Source: Octopus vulgaris (Eukaryota). Taken from it: a DNA stretch of 64,000 bases. Positions 36,420 to 50,871 of this stretch are shown here, piece by piece. Location of the stretch: assembly GCA_951406725.2 (NCBI GenBank), contig OX597823.1, positions 32,178,001 through 32,242,000 of the forward strand. The letters run 5' to 3'. Under the pieces are notes generated by a model. That model was not told the origin of the DNA. It saw only the letters and a program-made list of their open reading frames with translations, and made no database searches. Within the stretch, counting starts at the first letter, position 1; the number at the start of each line of letters is the position of its first letter. The translations under genes were made by a program, and so were the position numbers.

Positions 36420-37220
36420 AAAACCTTATCACATCAAACACCACTTGGGACCTCGGAGTAATTGTTGACAAAAACTTAAACTGGAGTGCCCGCATAAACA
36501 ACAAAGTCAACATGGCCCACAAGGCGTGCTCCTGGATGCTCAAGACTTTTCGGTCTAGAAACTCTTTTACCATTATTCTTCTCTTCTCTACCTTTGCGCA
36601 TCCTCACCTTGAATACTATTGTCTGCTGTGGTTTCCCTACCTGAAGCAGAATATTATAAAAATTGAAGAACCCCAGATATCGGTCACAACGAAAATAGAC
36701 AGCATGGCAGGTCTTGATTATTGGGATCATCTCAAGAAACTCAATCCTTATTCCTCTAGCATTGCCATGAATGCTATATCATTTGTATGATGTGGAAAAT
36801 ATTCCAACAGCATTGACTAAATGATGTTGGTATCAACCTTAAAGTTCACCCAAGGCTTGGTCCCTGTGCTAGCCATCCTCTATAAAAGTCATGTTTTTGT
36901 CACATCACAACTCTAAGACAGAACTGTTTCACCCCAACTGGCCCTGCTCTCTTTAACATCATATCATGACACATGAGAGAAGAAAAAGATCTCCTAATAT
37001 TTAAATGGTTTCTGAATGATTATCTCCAACGAATTCCATATAAAGCACCAACCCCTGGATATATTATCAGCAAACAATAACTCTCTACTCAAATGAGCTG
37101 TGGTGCCCATAGAATTACTAATATCAATCACCTTTAAATGTCTTTTCAGGTGGTGCTATTAAATTAGACATGGCCTGGGGTGGGGTGGGGGCCCAACGAT
37201 GGCCAAAACTCATCGAAATA
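36420..37220 (+). mobile_element. CR1/L2-group LINE 3' fragment
   Basis: DLGVIVDKNLNWSARINNKVNMAHK...FSTFAHPHLEYYCLLWFPYLKQNIIKIE...LDYWDHLKKLN, the RT thumb/C-terminus of the CR1/L2 group. Confidence 0.8.
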
Positions 37221-37539
37221 TCTAGCACACACACATATACACTCACACACACACACATGTGTGTATGTACTGTTTTTAGAGAGTTCAATAAAAAAAAATT
37301 TATGTTAGAACACAGTAAAGATGGTGAAGAAGAGCTGCCAAGCCTTAACTGAAGACTGAGAAGGTGAACCGGGCAGAAATGGATCTAAACTGGAGATGGA
37401 CTTAAGAGAGAGATTACCACCATGCTGGGTGGGGATCAATATCCATGACAGTAAGTTTGGACATTATAACTGAAATCAAAAACAGTGAAACAAATTTTAA
37501 AAAAAGGCTTCTGGTCACCAAACGTCTGCTCATTTTTCT

Positions 37540-38625
37540 ATTCTTTTACTTGTTTCAGTCATTTGGCTCTGGCCATGCTGGAGCATTGCCTTTAGTCAAA
37601 CAAATCGACCCCAGGATTTATTCTTTGTAAGCCTAGTACTTATTCTATCGGCCTTTTTTGCTGAACCGCTAAGTTACAGGGATGTAAACACACCAACATT
37701 GGTTGACAAACAATGGTGGGGGGACAAACACAGACACACACACAAATACACACACGTGCGCGCACACACACATATATAAATGACAGGCTTTTTTCAGTTT
37801 CCGTCTACCAAATCCACTCACAAGGCTTTGGTCATCCCAAGGCTATAGTAGAAGACACTTGCCCAAGGTGCCATGTAGTGGGACTGAACCCGAAACCATG
37901 TGGTTGGGAAGCAAGCTTCTTATCACACAGCCACACTGTGCTTCGGAAGATTAAAATTCACCAAATAATTAGGTTGAGTAATAGAATCAAACCAAGGGAC
38001 AGTTTTGTTAGTTGGCTGTGTTGATGTTGATTGAGATAATAAAGCAAAACTTGTACAACAGAAATGGTTTTACTGGAGGTCTCTGGCTGCTGTTGCCATT
38101 GTGTAGCACAGTTGATTGAAGTAGCCAAAGAATACAAACCAGGTTAGGCATATGTGAAATTGTCCAATAATGTTACTTGTGGTTAAATGCTGTCTTAAAT
38201 GCATCATATTGGCAGCGACTTTAGAGTTTCATTCTTTTATTCTTTTACTTGTTTCAGTCATTTGACTGCAGCCATGCTGGAGCACCGCCTTTTAGTCGAG
38301 CAAATAGATCCAAGGACTTATTCTTTGTAAGCCGAGTAGTTATTCTATTGATTTCTTTTTGCCAAACCACTAAGTTACAGGGATTTAAACACACCAGCAT
38401 CGGATGTCAAGTGGTGTTGCGGGGACAAACACAGACACTCAATCACACACACACACACACATATATACAACAGGCTTCTTTCAGTTTCCGTCTACCAAAT
38501 CCACTTTGGTCAGCCTGAGGCTATAGTAGAAGACACTTGCCCAAAGTGCCACACAGTAGGACTGAACCCGGAACCACGTGGTTTGTAAGCAAGATACTTA
38601 CCACAGAGTAACTTCTGCACCTATA
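37540..38625 (-). mobile_element. Two SINE family A copies
   Basis: Near full-length reverse-complement copies at about 37540-37940 and 38235-38625. Confidence 0.8.
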
Positions 38626-40754
38626 TATAATTATTTAATATATATTCTTGTATGGCAGTAAGTGAGGAAGGGTCAGGAATCACTGACATTGAGGATTCCT
38701 TTTTACCAGGAAACACTGTAGTTGTTTTGTCCCACACTATCCCTGATTGAGCAGAACTGTGATCAAAGCCTTCTAACTGTAACCATCTGGATTTTTTAGG
38801 AGAGGTTTTTTTTTCTTTTTGTCCCTGGAGATAAAGTCAGACAATTGAATATGCTAATGATGGCTACTGAACCAGAAACATATGTCTATGATTGTCTTCT
38901 TATCTCCAGACAATAAGCATGTCCTTTACCTTAATGACATCTCAACTCTGAAGAATTCTCAAATCTTGAGATTATCAGATTATCTCCCCTCCTCAAGTGG
39001 AGCTGGTCTTATCTGCTGTTTGGTACTTATGTGATAGCTTCAAGAGGCAGAGACAATTTTGATAAATCAAAAATTTATGTTGTTTAGTATTTGATATTTA
39101 ATGATATTTTGTCTAAGTTGTTCAAATACATGTTACAGGTCACTCTGAGTTATTTCTCTTATCTTGTGCGTGCGTGTGTTATGTGTGTGTGTGTGTGTTC
39201 TCTTCCCATTTTACATTTAGAATTAATTCTGACCAGTCACCTGCTTGGTAGCAAGGTTGTGAAGGGAAGCATCTTGTTTTGTTCATCTGCTTTTAAGGCT
39301 AAAGAAATTCTTGCAGATTTTTATAGTTCCAGATATCATGATCATTTCTAGTGTATGAATTAGGGAGTTGAGTTCCCTCTCCAAGAACCCCAAGTTCAGC
39401 AATATTTTGCTCCAGGTGGGTTGGTACACATCTTGTTGCTCCAATAATAGTATGAAACTGAAAGTGTATCCCAGGTACTGGATTTGCAAATTTCTTATGT
39501 ACATATGTATGCATTTGTGCATGCATATGTGTGTGTATGGATGCATGAATGAATGAATGGATAAGTGACAATTTCCCAGAAGACATTCAGCATTTTACTT
39601 AATTATATTAAACTGATGATGCTTATAATATATCTGAACACTTGAGTATCACTTGAGTATCTGATGTTTGAATTTAGAGCAGATATCTAAATATGCTGCT
39701 ACATGTGTAGAAGGAGCAAACCTGCCATCATATTTTCTCTTAGGACAATGTATTTGCTGTATGTTGTAGACATAAGTGTCTATAAATAATTAAAATATAT
39801 GAGAAGTCATATTTCATATTCACATGCAGTAAGAAATGTCACATGAAAACAAGGTTTTTAACTATACTGAGAATGTTGTCACCTTCTTTTGTACTGTGGT
39901 GTGGTTGTGGCCTGGTTCTGTAATTATGTAAGCATGAGAGAGATAGAGACAGAGAGAGGGTTATTGGATGAATACAAGTATCAGTGACCATAGTATAGCC
40001 CTGGGCTAGCTGAAGTTTGATCACTTTGTATCGCAGATTCTTCCTATTTGGCAGGTCTAGCCATCCACGGCTGCTGATGGTTGAAAAGTACCTGGTGTGA
40101 AACACATGACTACCCTCTGTTCTCTTTCATCTGTCAGTGTTGCTTGTCAGTCTTTGTGTATGACTACATCTATTCATCATCTGCTCCTCTCTCTTATACT
40201 GCCTCCCTCTGTCTCTGTAAATTTAGTCTCTTTTAATATGCTCCAGAACAAATCTGATTGGACAGAATTGTGGTGACATCATCACTGGAAAATCCTGATG
40301 CTTACATTTAATTTTTATTGGCCAGATTTTTACTGATATCAATACTCGATATTAAAGATCTGTTTTTGTCTAGGAAAATTTTCCTCCTTAAATAAAAAGA
40401 ACAATCCAGGTTCAAATACAGGCAATCATTTGCTACAAGTCTCTGTAATTTTTCAAACTTCTAACTGTAAACTGTATATTTTCACACATGAACAATCCGT
40501 CCAACCCGTGCTAGCGCGGAAAACGGATGTTAAACGATGATGATGATGATGATGATGATGAAATATTATTAAGCTGTTATGGATAATTCACACCAAGAGC
40601 TATTTTAAACCATGAAAATATTTTTTTCTCCATATAAAGAAGTAATTAAAATCTGAAAGGGTTAATTGATAAATTCAAGCAAATAGTGATTCTGATTTGA
40701 AACGAAACAATTTCTAACACAAACTAAAATTTTTAATGTTTCACCCTAAATAAT

Positions 40755-41250
40755 TTGGCATATCATAAGACCACATGACCCTCTTGTCTTTCCACTTCAC
40801 CCAACCCTGCTCTCTGTCATCCTCTCTTCCGAGACCGACCTCTCCTGCTCTCTTTAATACTGTGATTTCTATGTATTTATTAGGATTAAGAAATTATCTA
40901 AAAGTTGTTCAGAATTTGTGCTATGTTTTTTGTGGCACCCTAGGGTCCAGGTTTCTGCATGCAAGGTGATTCCTAGTTTGTCTCATATGGATGCAAATTC
41001 TGAACAACTTTTAGATAATTTCTTAATCCTAATAAATACATAGAAATCACAGTATTAAAGACTGGTTCACTGAGCACTTCTGAGACATCAGACTCGGCAA
41101 TGACACCCTGGTCTCACACCACTTCCACTCAACTGGTCATTCACTACAACATCTGTCTGTCTTTGCATAGAGGACCACTTGCACACCTGCTTCTGTTGTG
41201 AGAAAGAATTGATCTTTTCATTCTTTTGCTCCTTATGGCCTTAATTCATC
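40755..41250 (+). mobile_element. Penelope-like element GIY-YIG endonuclease C-terminal remnant, interrupted by an inverted repeat
   Basis: From about 41060: DWFTEHF*DIRLGNDTLVSHHFHSTGHSLQHLSVF...EKELIF...APYGLN, the PLE GIY-YIG tail (EH...HF...H, E..LI, P.GLN). Confidence 0.7.
40851..41061. repeat. 211-bp fold-back with perfect 68-bp inverted arms
   Basis: 40851-40918 is the exact reverse complement of 40994-41061, with a 75-bp spacer. Confidence 0.9.
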
Positions 41251-43432
41251 AGAAACCAACCCCGCACATATTCCCACACTCCTCTCACCTTTAACTGCCA
41301 CTTCCCTTCACCCACACACCTGTACACCACCTAACTCAGTAACTTCACCGCACACCTCAACTCAGTACCCACACCACACAATTACACACATACACACTCA
41401 TATGGACATGCACTCACACACACTTTCTCACTCCACACACATTAGCACTCAATACCTCCTGACCCCTAAATCTAATCACCCCTACCCCACCTTGCATCTC
41501 CATGGATTCCCACACAGCACACTGTATTCACTCCTAAAACTACAATGCACAGGCACACAACATGCATAAACACAGACAACCTTTGCACATCAACATACAC
41601 AATACACACGCACACTATAGAGTCACAGACACACTTCATGCACTAATTCACACACACACACATGTGCAGACACCACTTGAACAAGCATACACTAACTGCT
41701 ACATGCAAGCACTTGCGCTGCACACACACACACACATAGCCTCACAGAAATACTATACTACAGCCTCACACATATACACACGTCCAAATGCACACACACT
41801 CATAAATATATGAAACACACATTACTCTACACAATGCACATACTTGTTACTTATACACATACACACACACATGCTCCCAGATGCACACACAGGCCCACAT
41901 AATTTTAAGCTTGCCAACCCATACTTACACACATACACTCTCACACACCATACTTACATATACACACACACTTATGCACCCTAGTTCACCTGGTTCACTG
42001 TTATTATCTCCCTTTCATTCAGCCCCTTTCTTCTGGTTATTTCATGATACTGAACTATTAATCCCTACACATTTTTTTCTCTCACTGTTACTTTTCATTC
42101 TCTCTCCATTTTTTTCCTCTCAGCCCTTTCTGCCAAAGAGCATAGGCTTGAAATGTCAAAGACTTTTCCTTTCTTCCTGAACTAATATACCTGCTTGTTG
42201 TTCCTTCACCTGTCTTTGTCTTTTGTTTTCTGTAAACTTGAACATACATACATACATATACATCACAGCTTCTTGTGATAGTCACACAAACACATGTACA
42301 GATGCTATAAATATAAATAAAGAATTTCATAATATACTTTCCAGACTTGAATTTTGGAATGTAGTCTCTGTGATCTTTATAACCAAGGAGACTCTTAAGA
42401 AGAAATTCAAACAATGCAGCATGACTTTCCTTCATAGGTTCCTTTATAAATTCATAAAGGAACACATGGAGTTCTAAAATATTGGCTTTGCATCAAGCTC
42501 GTTAACATGCACTTTACAAACATACACACATGCATGTACACATGTGCATATGTGCATGCCCAAGCATACACATGAAATAGAAGGAAGGAAAGAAAATATT
42601 ACTGGGAGAAAAACTTTCTGCTAATCATCTAGAATGCAAACTTGCAGATGAGGAAATAAAATAAGTAGAGGAGTGATGTGAAAGGGTAGATGTAGGGAAG
42701 GAGAGGGATAAGCCAATGTGAGATGATGTGAGTAGTGAGGAAGATAAACGATGTGGGAGGAAGTAGATTGATGAGGAGAAGTTAAAGTTGATAGTAAGAC
42801 TCAGATTATGAGGAATTAAAAGGACCTGGTAGGTGGAGTTGAGGGGTAAGTGAGAAAAGTGGGCTGAGAGAGAGAGAGAGAGAGAGAGAGAGGAAGAAAG
42901 AATGTGCTGACAGGAGTGGTCAGGGAATAAAAGTTTGTTGGAAAAACATAAATTTAAGGAATTAGTAGGCTATGTAGAATGGGTATTTTAAGGAGCGGTT
43001 AGAGTCATAATGATAAAAATGTAGAGAAAATGGAAATAAAAGTGTCATCGTCTGTAATGGGAGGGGAGTAGGGAGAGGTCTAATGAGAGGGGAGTAGGGA
43101 GAGAGGTCTATATAACAAATTCATGTCATTGGTTCATTTGGAGTAATTTTTCTTTGCCCATTTTATTAAATGAAAACAGAATAGTAATTAGATACACTGT
43201 ACAAACAACATATTCACATACATATGTTTATATATGTAGAAGCACATGCAAGTATACATATGCATGCATACAATCATGCATGTACATATCCATATTTGCA
43301 CGTGTCCATATTAGCTGTTTGTTCCATAAAGACTGAAATCCACATTTTGAAATACAAGACACAATTCTGATAAAGACAGAGTATTTTACATTATTTAGTT
43401 AAAGTTTATAGTTTCTATTCTCTGGAGTAAAG

Positions 43433-43433
<1 letters not shown>

Positions 43434-43480
<47 letters not shown>

Positions 43481-43608
43481 TCTCTCTTTCCTCTCCCTCT
43501 CTCTCCCTCTCTCTCCCCCTCTCTCTCTCTCTCTTTCCTCTCTCTCTCTCTCTTTCCTCTCTCTCTCTCTCTTTCCTCTCTCTCTCTCTCTCTCCCCCCC
43601 TCTCTCTC
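43434..43608. repeat. (CT)n microsatellite
   Basis: Directly visible. Confidence 0.95.
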
Positions 43609-44329
43609 ATTTATACTCTGAATTCAAACCCTGTCAAAGTTGAACTTTGACATATTTCTGGTGTTTATGAAATAAAGGTATCAGCCACACACTGAAATGT
43701 GTATTTAATTGAATGTTCACTCTTGTATGTTCAGCTAAGCAGAGAAGAATGATGGGAGCTGAGTTTAAGTGAAAAGTGGAGATCAAAGAAATATTTAAGA
43801 GTTCACACTGATTAATATGGAAAATAACAGAGCATAAGAGGTTTTATCTTTACATCTGAAACAGATCTATATGTTGATTTGAACACCACTCCTCTAACTT
43901 TCAATTAGGACAGGAGTTTTAGCAGATTGAAAAATGGCATCAACAAAAAGCTGGCCATCTAAACATTTTCAGGATGTTCAAATGATAATAACACCACAGG
44001 TTTGTCAAATTCAGATTTGTTCTGGATCATATTAAAAAGGCCAGGATTTACAGAGGGAAATAGTGAAAAAGTTAGGAGCTTAGCAATGTGAGTAGCAAAA
44101 CATAACAGTAGGCAACTATTTAGATTCAGCACAATCTCTAGAGTTAAGACTGTCAAAATGCTGATCTGTAAAAAATAACACTAGCACACTCTCTGGCTTC
44201 TCTCTCAACACACATACTACTATGAACAGAACTTTCCAATGTTACTCTGTTGTTTCTTTTCTTTGGACTGCTTGGTCTAATACAAACTTTTAACAATAGA
44301 TATATGATGAATTGAAAATGAACAACCCA

Positions 44330-44680
44330 TTGCATGGCACCTTGGTCAAGTATCTTCTACTATAGCCTTAGGTCAATCAAAGCCTTGTGAGTGGATTTGG
44401 TAGATAGAAACTGAAAGAAGCCTGTCGTGTATATGTATATATCTATGTGTGTGTCTTTGTAGCTGTATTTGTCCCACCAACTCCTCGTGACATCTGGTGC
44501 TGGTGTGTTTACATCCACATAACTTAGTGGTTTAGCAAAAGAGACCAATAGATTAAGTTCTCAGTTTAAAAAAAACATAAGTACTGGGGTCAGTACAGTT
44601 GACTAAGAATTCTTCATGATAGTGCCCCAGTATGGCCACAGTGTAATAACTGAAACAAGTAAAGGGTAAAAGATAAAAGA
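44330..44680 (+). mobile_element. SINE family A, 5'-truncated
   Basis: ggcaccttggtcaagt...ttgtgagtggatttggtaga...tgaaacaagtaaa. Confidence 0.75.
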
Positions 44681-45914
44681 ACTCTTTCTATTTATCCATA
44701 ATTCTTCAACATTCTTCTTACAGTTAAATTGGTTGACCATAAGATTCTTCTTATAATGTGAAGCGCCCAAAGTGAAGATTTATGAGAGTCTACAAAGAAA
44801 AAGAGTTCAAAAGGTTAATGGCATAGTTCATATAATTGATATATGAGGGCGGGGTAGCTACAAAAGACATATCCAGTTAATCTGTTTGCATGGATTTGAA
44901 ATACATGAAAATTGAATGTAAACAATAGTATCTTTCACCACCACAACCACCACCACCAACTATGGTATCATTTTAACTTGCTATAGACAAACATGACTGG
45001 CTGCTATAACAGAAATATTACTAATCACTCATTATTACTCAACTAGCGTTCTAAAACCTAATCACCTAATATAAAACATTTTTTACACAGTAACTTCACT
45101 GTTATTTTTAAAATCCACCACCACAACCACCTCCATGTCAGCTTGATTAAACTAAATTCAATCATTCATAGACACTCCCTCCTCCTTCCTTTCTTAGTCA
45201 TTATTCATCTTGCCCTCCTCTACTTATTTCGCTTCCTCATTTTTTTTGTGTCATTTAATATTTTTATCTTCTCTTTTTATTTTCTTTATTTGATTTTTCT
45301 TTTGTGTTTTGTATATGTTTTTTTTTAGATCCACCTATATTTCCTTCTTCTTTTCCCTCATTATATATTTCACTCTTTCCTTCTTCAAACTTTTGTCAAA
45401 CATTTTTTTTCATTTTAAACGCTGTCCCTTTTTTTCTGTCTCTTAGTTGATATCCAATAAAAAGGTTACAACAGAATCAATGATACAATACCCAGCTGAA
45501 GACTTTTGCAGGGTCTAGTTAGATCCCTTTACTTCTCAACTCTAAACCTTCTGAGGCCAACAGAATCAATACCAATCCTATATTAAGGAACCAATATAAT
45601 CAACTATTCTCCATCCTTTGGACCATAGCTGGAATTCCAAATGGTTTGGTAACAAACTTCTTACCAGAATCACATCTGCACATATATGCGTGTGTGTGTG
45701 TGTTTACACGATGGACTTTTACAGTTTCCATCTATCAAATTCATTCACAAGGAACTTGCTCAAGGCATCGAGCAGAAGAACTGAGCCCAAAGCCAATGGT
45801 TGCAAAGTTAGCTTCTTTTCTGCATCAAGGATATTTTTGTTCTTTGAAATGGGCAGATTTGTTTTAAATTAGATTATCTAAAAGAAAGAATTGCATTCTG
45901 GGGTTCATGATATC

Positions 45915-46980
45915 AATACAAGTTATGCCTGGAGTAAAAAATCCCCTTTTAATGTTTAAAATGCAGTGAAGGCATTTTTGGTGGAATTGTTCAAACAATT
46001 TGAAATGTCTTTCATTACACATCTATATTTCAGAAGAATACAACAAGAATGGTAAGACAAACAATTTGACCATCAACTTGACCAAAGAACATATTTTAAA
46101 AAAAATTCTGGTACTTATTCTATCAGTCTCAATCCAAAGCAACGGTTTCTATGGCCTTTGGATTCATTTCAAGTGACTTTATGGTAGTCCTTAAAACCTC
46201 TTTTTAGGTTTACACCAATTGTGTTTCCTCTCTGCAAGCTTGCCATAAAACAGCTGTTTGCTTGTGCACTCATCCGCCATTCGAACAATATGGCCAGACC
46301 ATCTCGTTTGACTTTTCAGAATCCTTGATTTAATTGAAGTTATGCCTGGAGACACAAAGACATCGGTGTCTAGAGTAAAAAAAAAGCCCCATTTAATGTT
46401 TAAAATGCAGCAAAGGCATTTTTGGTGGAATCGTTCAAACAATTTGAAATGTCTTTCATAGCATGTCCATGTTTCAGAAGAATACAACAAGAATGGTAAG
46501 ACAAACGATTTGTAAAGAGCCAACTTTATGTTGTTATTTATATGTCTTGGCACTAAATGCATGACTCTAAACCACCAAACACTTGTGCTGCCTTTTGAAT
46601 TCACAGATGTATTTCTGTGTACAGATTTCCATCATTTTGTACAGAGCTTTCAAGGTAAATGAAAGAGTTCACAATCTCAAGTAACTTACCCATAACAAAA
46701 ATTTTAGGAGGAGATGCAAACAGCACCAGGTGCAGGTTGAAACATTACAAATGTTTTTTTTCAAATTGGACCACCAAGAGCTGCAGATAAGTTCTGATCT
46801 TTGTGGATCTTAAAATGTCTTTTGAGGTCTCCATTAGATTTGCATACACTGCATTGAAAGGTGTGCACAGACATATAAGCAGAATAGTTGGTGGAGGTTC
46901 ATTTTCCATGGGTTCGCAGATGAGATTTGAACCCAGCAAAAGACAGGCATGGTCTTTCGCAAACTATGCACATAAAAAGG
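45915..46980 (-). mobile_element. RTE-1-like LINE fragments (RT C-terminus, local duplication, zinc-finger tail piece)
   Basis: KLALYKSFVLPFLLYSSETWTCYERHFKLFERFHQKCL...RWSGHIVRMADEC.SKQLFYGKL. About 45920-46068 duplicates about 46338-46512. 46760-46975 matches the C2H2 tail at 61030-61250. Confidence 0.8.
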
Positions 46981-47394
46981 TAATTGCCATTCACCTTCTC
47001 GATTGTTGTAGAAATAACAGAAAACATATATTTCTGACAAAATTTTACAATAAGGTATAAAATTATTTGGTTATCAACACGTGGACTGATATATGCATAT
47101 ATATATAGTCCTTAATCTCTGAGGGGTAAAGATTTTCAGCTGAAATGTCTTTTAATTAAGATAGCCAATACATTCAAGGTTTTCCCCACCCTCCACCCCA
47201 TCCCCACATTTGGAGTATAGATTATTTGAGTGAATTCAGAAATCATTGAATTCCAATTTTGGTTTGAAACAAAGCAAAAATAACAATAAAACCTTAAAGT
47301 GTTCTTTTTGTTTTTTCATAATTTTGCGTATCATTTTCCTATGAACTTGTACTAAAATAGCTAGAAATTTATATCAGTTTCTAACATTCTCTTC

Positions 47395-47777
47395 TACACT
47401 AGGCACGAGGCCTGAAATTTTGGAGGAGGGAGCCAGTCGATTAGATCGGCTCCAGTTCCCAACTGGTATTTAATTTATCAACCCCGAAAGGATGAAAGGC
47501 AAAGTCAATCTCGGCAGAATTTGAACTCAGAAAGTGGAGACAGATGAAATACCTATTTCTTTACTACCCACAAGGGACTAAACACAGAGGGGACAAACAA
47601 GGACAGACAAATGGATTAAGTCAATTAGATCGACCCCAGTGCATAACTGGTACTTAATTTATTGACCCTGAAAGGATGAAAGGCAAAGTCGACCACAGCG
47701 GAATTTGAACTCAGAACGTAGTGGCAGACAAAATACCGCTAAGCATTTTGCCCGGCGTGCTAACGTTTCTGCCAGCT
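47395..47777 (-). mobile_element. Two SINE family B copies
   Basis: Reverse-complement family B. Further very old family B-like copies follow through about 48300-49960. Confidence 0.75.
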
Positions 47778-49070
47778 AATGTTTCTGCCCTATATCAGTT
47801 TCTTACATTGACAGAAAGAGACAAGTTTGTAGAGTGGGAAAATGAATGTGATTATACTGACCAAATGAATTTGACTGGGAATTATTTTATTGGCCCTGAA
47901 GAATGAAAAGCAAAGTTAAGTATTGAGAGATTTGAACTCAAAACATAAAATTACATATCTAAATACTGCACATCATTTTAAATAACATCCTGCTGATTCT
48001 GATATCCCCCACCTATATTCATAAAAATGTATTGATTATATTCCAATATCAGAACAGTAATCGATTTTAAAACAGCTCTCTTTATTTTGTATCATCTTAA
48101 AACAATAATTTTCATGAAAAGAAAAATTTTAATTTACTTTGTTATTTAAGCTCCGTTATTCAATAATTTGATTTAACATTGGCAGTTTTTAATAAAGTCT
48201 TTTAAATTTAAATTATAAAAATAAGTTAACTGGTATATTTCTATAAACTGACAAAATGTTTCTAAAAATATAATTACTAATATACTTTGTAGAATTCTAG
48301 AAGTGAATATGAAATTAATTACATAATTTCTAATTTGGCACAAATCCAAAAATTTTGAGGGGAGGGGTGGATGTCAGTCAATTAAATCAACTCCTAGTGC
48401 TTGACTGGTACTTTATTTCATCAAGTTTGAAAAGATGAAATGCAGAGTTGACCACAATGGAATTTGAACTCAAAACATAAAGTCCCATAATTAAATACTG
48501 TTTTAACAATTCTGCCAATCTATCACCCATAGTAATGGTTTCTTATTTAGTCCCAAGACCAATAGTTCTCAGAGGAGAAGTTTAGTTGATTACATTGGTT
48601 CCAGTACAGGGCCAGTACTTTATTTTATTGATCCTGGAGGGAAAACAAAAAAGTAAAGATAACCTCACCAAGATTTGAACTCAGAACACAAAGAGCTGCA
48701 ACAAATATTACATGCTCTAACAATCCCACCAGCTCACCACCTTTTTGTCACTCTTAATAATAATTTCTAATTTAGGCACAAAATCAACAATTTTGAGAAG
48801 TGGGGCTCAATCTCAGTACTTGACTGATAATTTATCAACACCCTGCAGAAGAATGAAAGGTAAAATTAAGCTTGCAGGAATTTGAACTCTGCAGGCAAAG
48901 AACTGAAGAAAATATGGCAAAAGTATTTTCTTCAACACACTAATGATCCAGCCAATACACCAGCTTTAATATTTTCTAACATTGGCACAAATCCAGACAT
49001 TTGGTGGAGGAGTGGGGACTTTTATATTCTCAAAGCTGCATTGAACAAGTGCAATCTAACATGACCGCAT

Positions 49071-49219
49071 TAATATCGTTTCCATTAAATTTTCTTGTAT
49101 ATTAAATATACATTTATATCTAATATAATTACACTTTTCTATATATTTATGACACAGTAATATATAATTATATTAGATGTATATTTAATATACAAGAAAA
49201 TTTAATGAAAATGGTATTA
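49071..49219. repeat. AT-rich ~150 bp hairpin
   Basis: taatatcgtttccattaaattttcttgtatattaaatatacat pairs with atgtatatttaatatacaagaaaatttaatgaaaatggtatta. Confidence 0.7.
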
Positions 49220-50871
49220 CAAGTTTTAAAGCGAGAAATAAAAATATAAACTTACTTCTTTCAATTATTTTCAAACTTCACATGAATGGTGGTGCACTGT
49301 TGCCAAATTTTCATTACACTATGAATTTAGCACAATTATATGTATTTATGCTACGCAGGAAATTTCTGTATTTGCATAAAAGTGCAAATGAAAATTTCCT
49401 GTTTATGGAAATTTTTCTAGCAATTTAAGAACATTAGAATAAATACTGTGTAATGAATGATTTTTTTTCCTTTTTAATACAAAATCGACTTCTTCCTGAA
49501 GGCTGTACTATTTATGGTTCATAGGATTTCCACTCTTGTTACAGTCAATTTAATTGATCCCAGCACTTGGCTGATACTTATTCCATCAAACCCTGAACGG
49601 TGAAAGGCAAAGTCAAACCCATCAAGATTTGAAGTAGGAATGTAAAGAAGCGTAACTAAATAGAAATCTTTCAGCTTAGCACCCTACCATCTCAGCCACT
49701 GTGCCACCTTTTAATCTGTCTTAAAAAGGGATTTCAAAGTTTTGTATAAGGTAGTCAGTTTAGATGTCCCAGTGTATTACTGGTACTTATTTATTAACAC
49801 TATAAAGATGAAATGTAAACTTGACACAACAAGGGATGTAGTTAAATAATGCAAGATAGTTTGGCACTTCACTGTTGCTGTTGAGTGGCAGACAATGTAT
49901 CTTGTGGTATTTAGTTCTGGTACTTTATGCTTTGAGTTCAAATCATTCAGGATCCGACTTTACCGTTCGTTTTTTGGATCTTGATATTATGAAGTACCAG
50001 TGTTGGTTACCTTGACTACTACTGCTTTCCAAAATATGTGTCCTTGTTGCTCTATTTAATACAATCACTAAAGACTTTTAGATAGCTCATGATCACCATT
50101 GAGCAAGGGGAAAATGTCCCCCTCAAAGCAAAACTGAATTATAGATTTAATTACTGGTGTGCCATTTTACATTTTCCTTGTTTTCAGAAGAGACATGAAC
50201 ACCACAAAATCATTTCTCTTCCCTTAAAAGATATCTTTGGACGTAATCAAAAAGAAACTTGATCTACACTGATATTCCCCACAAATAAACAAGTTTATAA
50301 TAGAAGGACAAAATGTGATGTAATCCTTATGACTTTGTCAAAATTTGTCATTGTTATCTACTTCTGCTGTACATTGATGACACTGCAACAAAAGTCTTTC
50401 CAATTAAGTGCAAATTCTCTCCTCAGATGAAACCATATTGTTACTTCCGTCCGGTTTTCTTATGGTATTTTCTTAGCAGAGACATTGGGGTGGTTTGCCA
50501 TTGGCTTCCCCAACTGGATGGCCATTGAAGCCCATCTGCCCTACTTTGTTTTTAGTCCTGCTGGGTGGCCAGATACCAACAACGTTTTGGTATCTGGACA
50601 GCCTTTCTTCTTAAGGAAAAAAAATGTCTAAAAAGTTCATATTGTAAGATTATTGCTATGTTTTGCAGTGCCATATTTTCAATAAAAACATTCACAAGTT
50701 CTGAGTAACTTCAGCTTTTGGCTAAAGCATCAGAATTTCTTTCTTTCTCCATCATACAATTCTTTTCAGATCTTTTTGCTTTGATTCATAGGATCCAATT
50801 TTAAAGAAAATTTCTAACAGATGTAGTTTTGCAAGCTAATAGTGAAAACCACAACTGTTTTTTAGATAATT

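Noticed and set aside
39240-40110. Non-repetitive-looking ORFs and splice-like sites on the minus strand
   Set aside because: No recognisable domain, stops in the candidate frames and no consistent exon chain. UTR or lncRNA exons cannot be excluded without RNA data.
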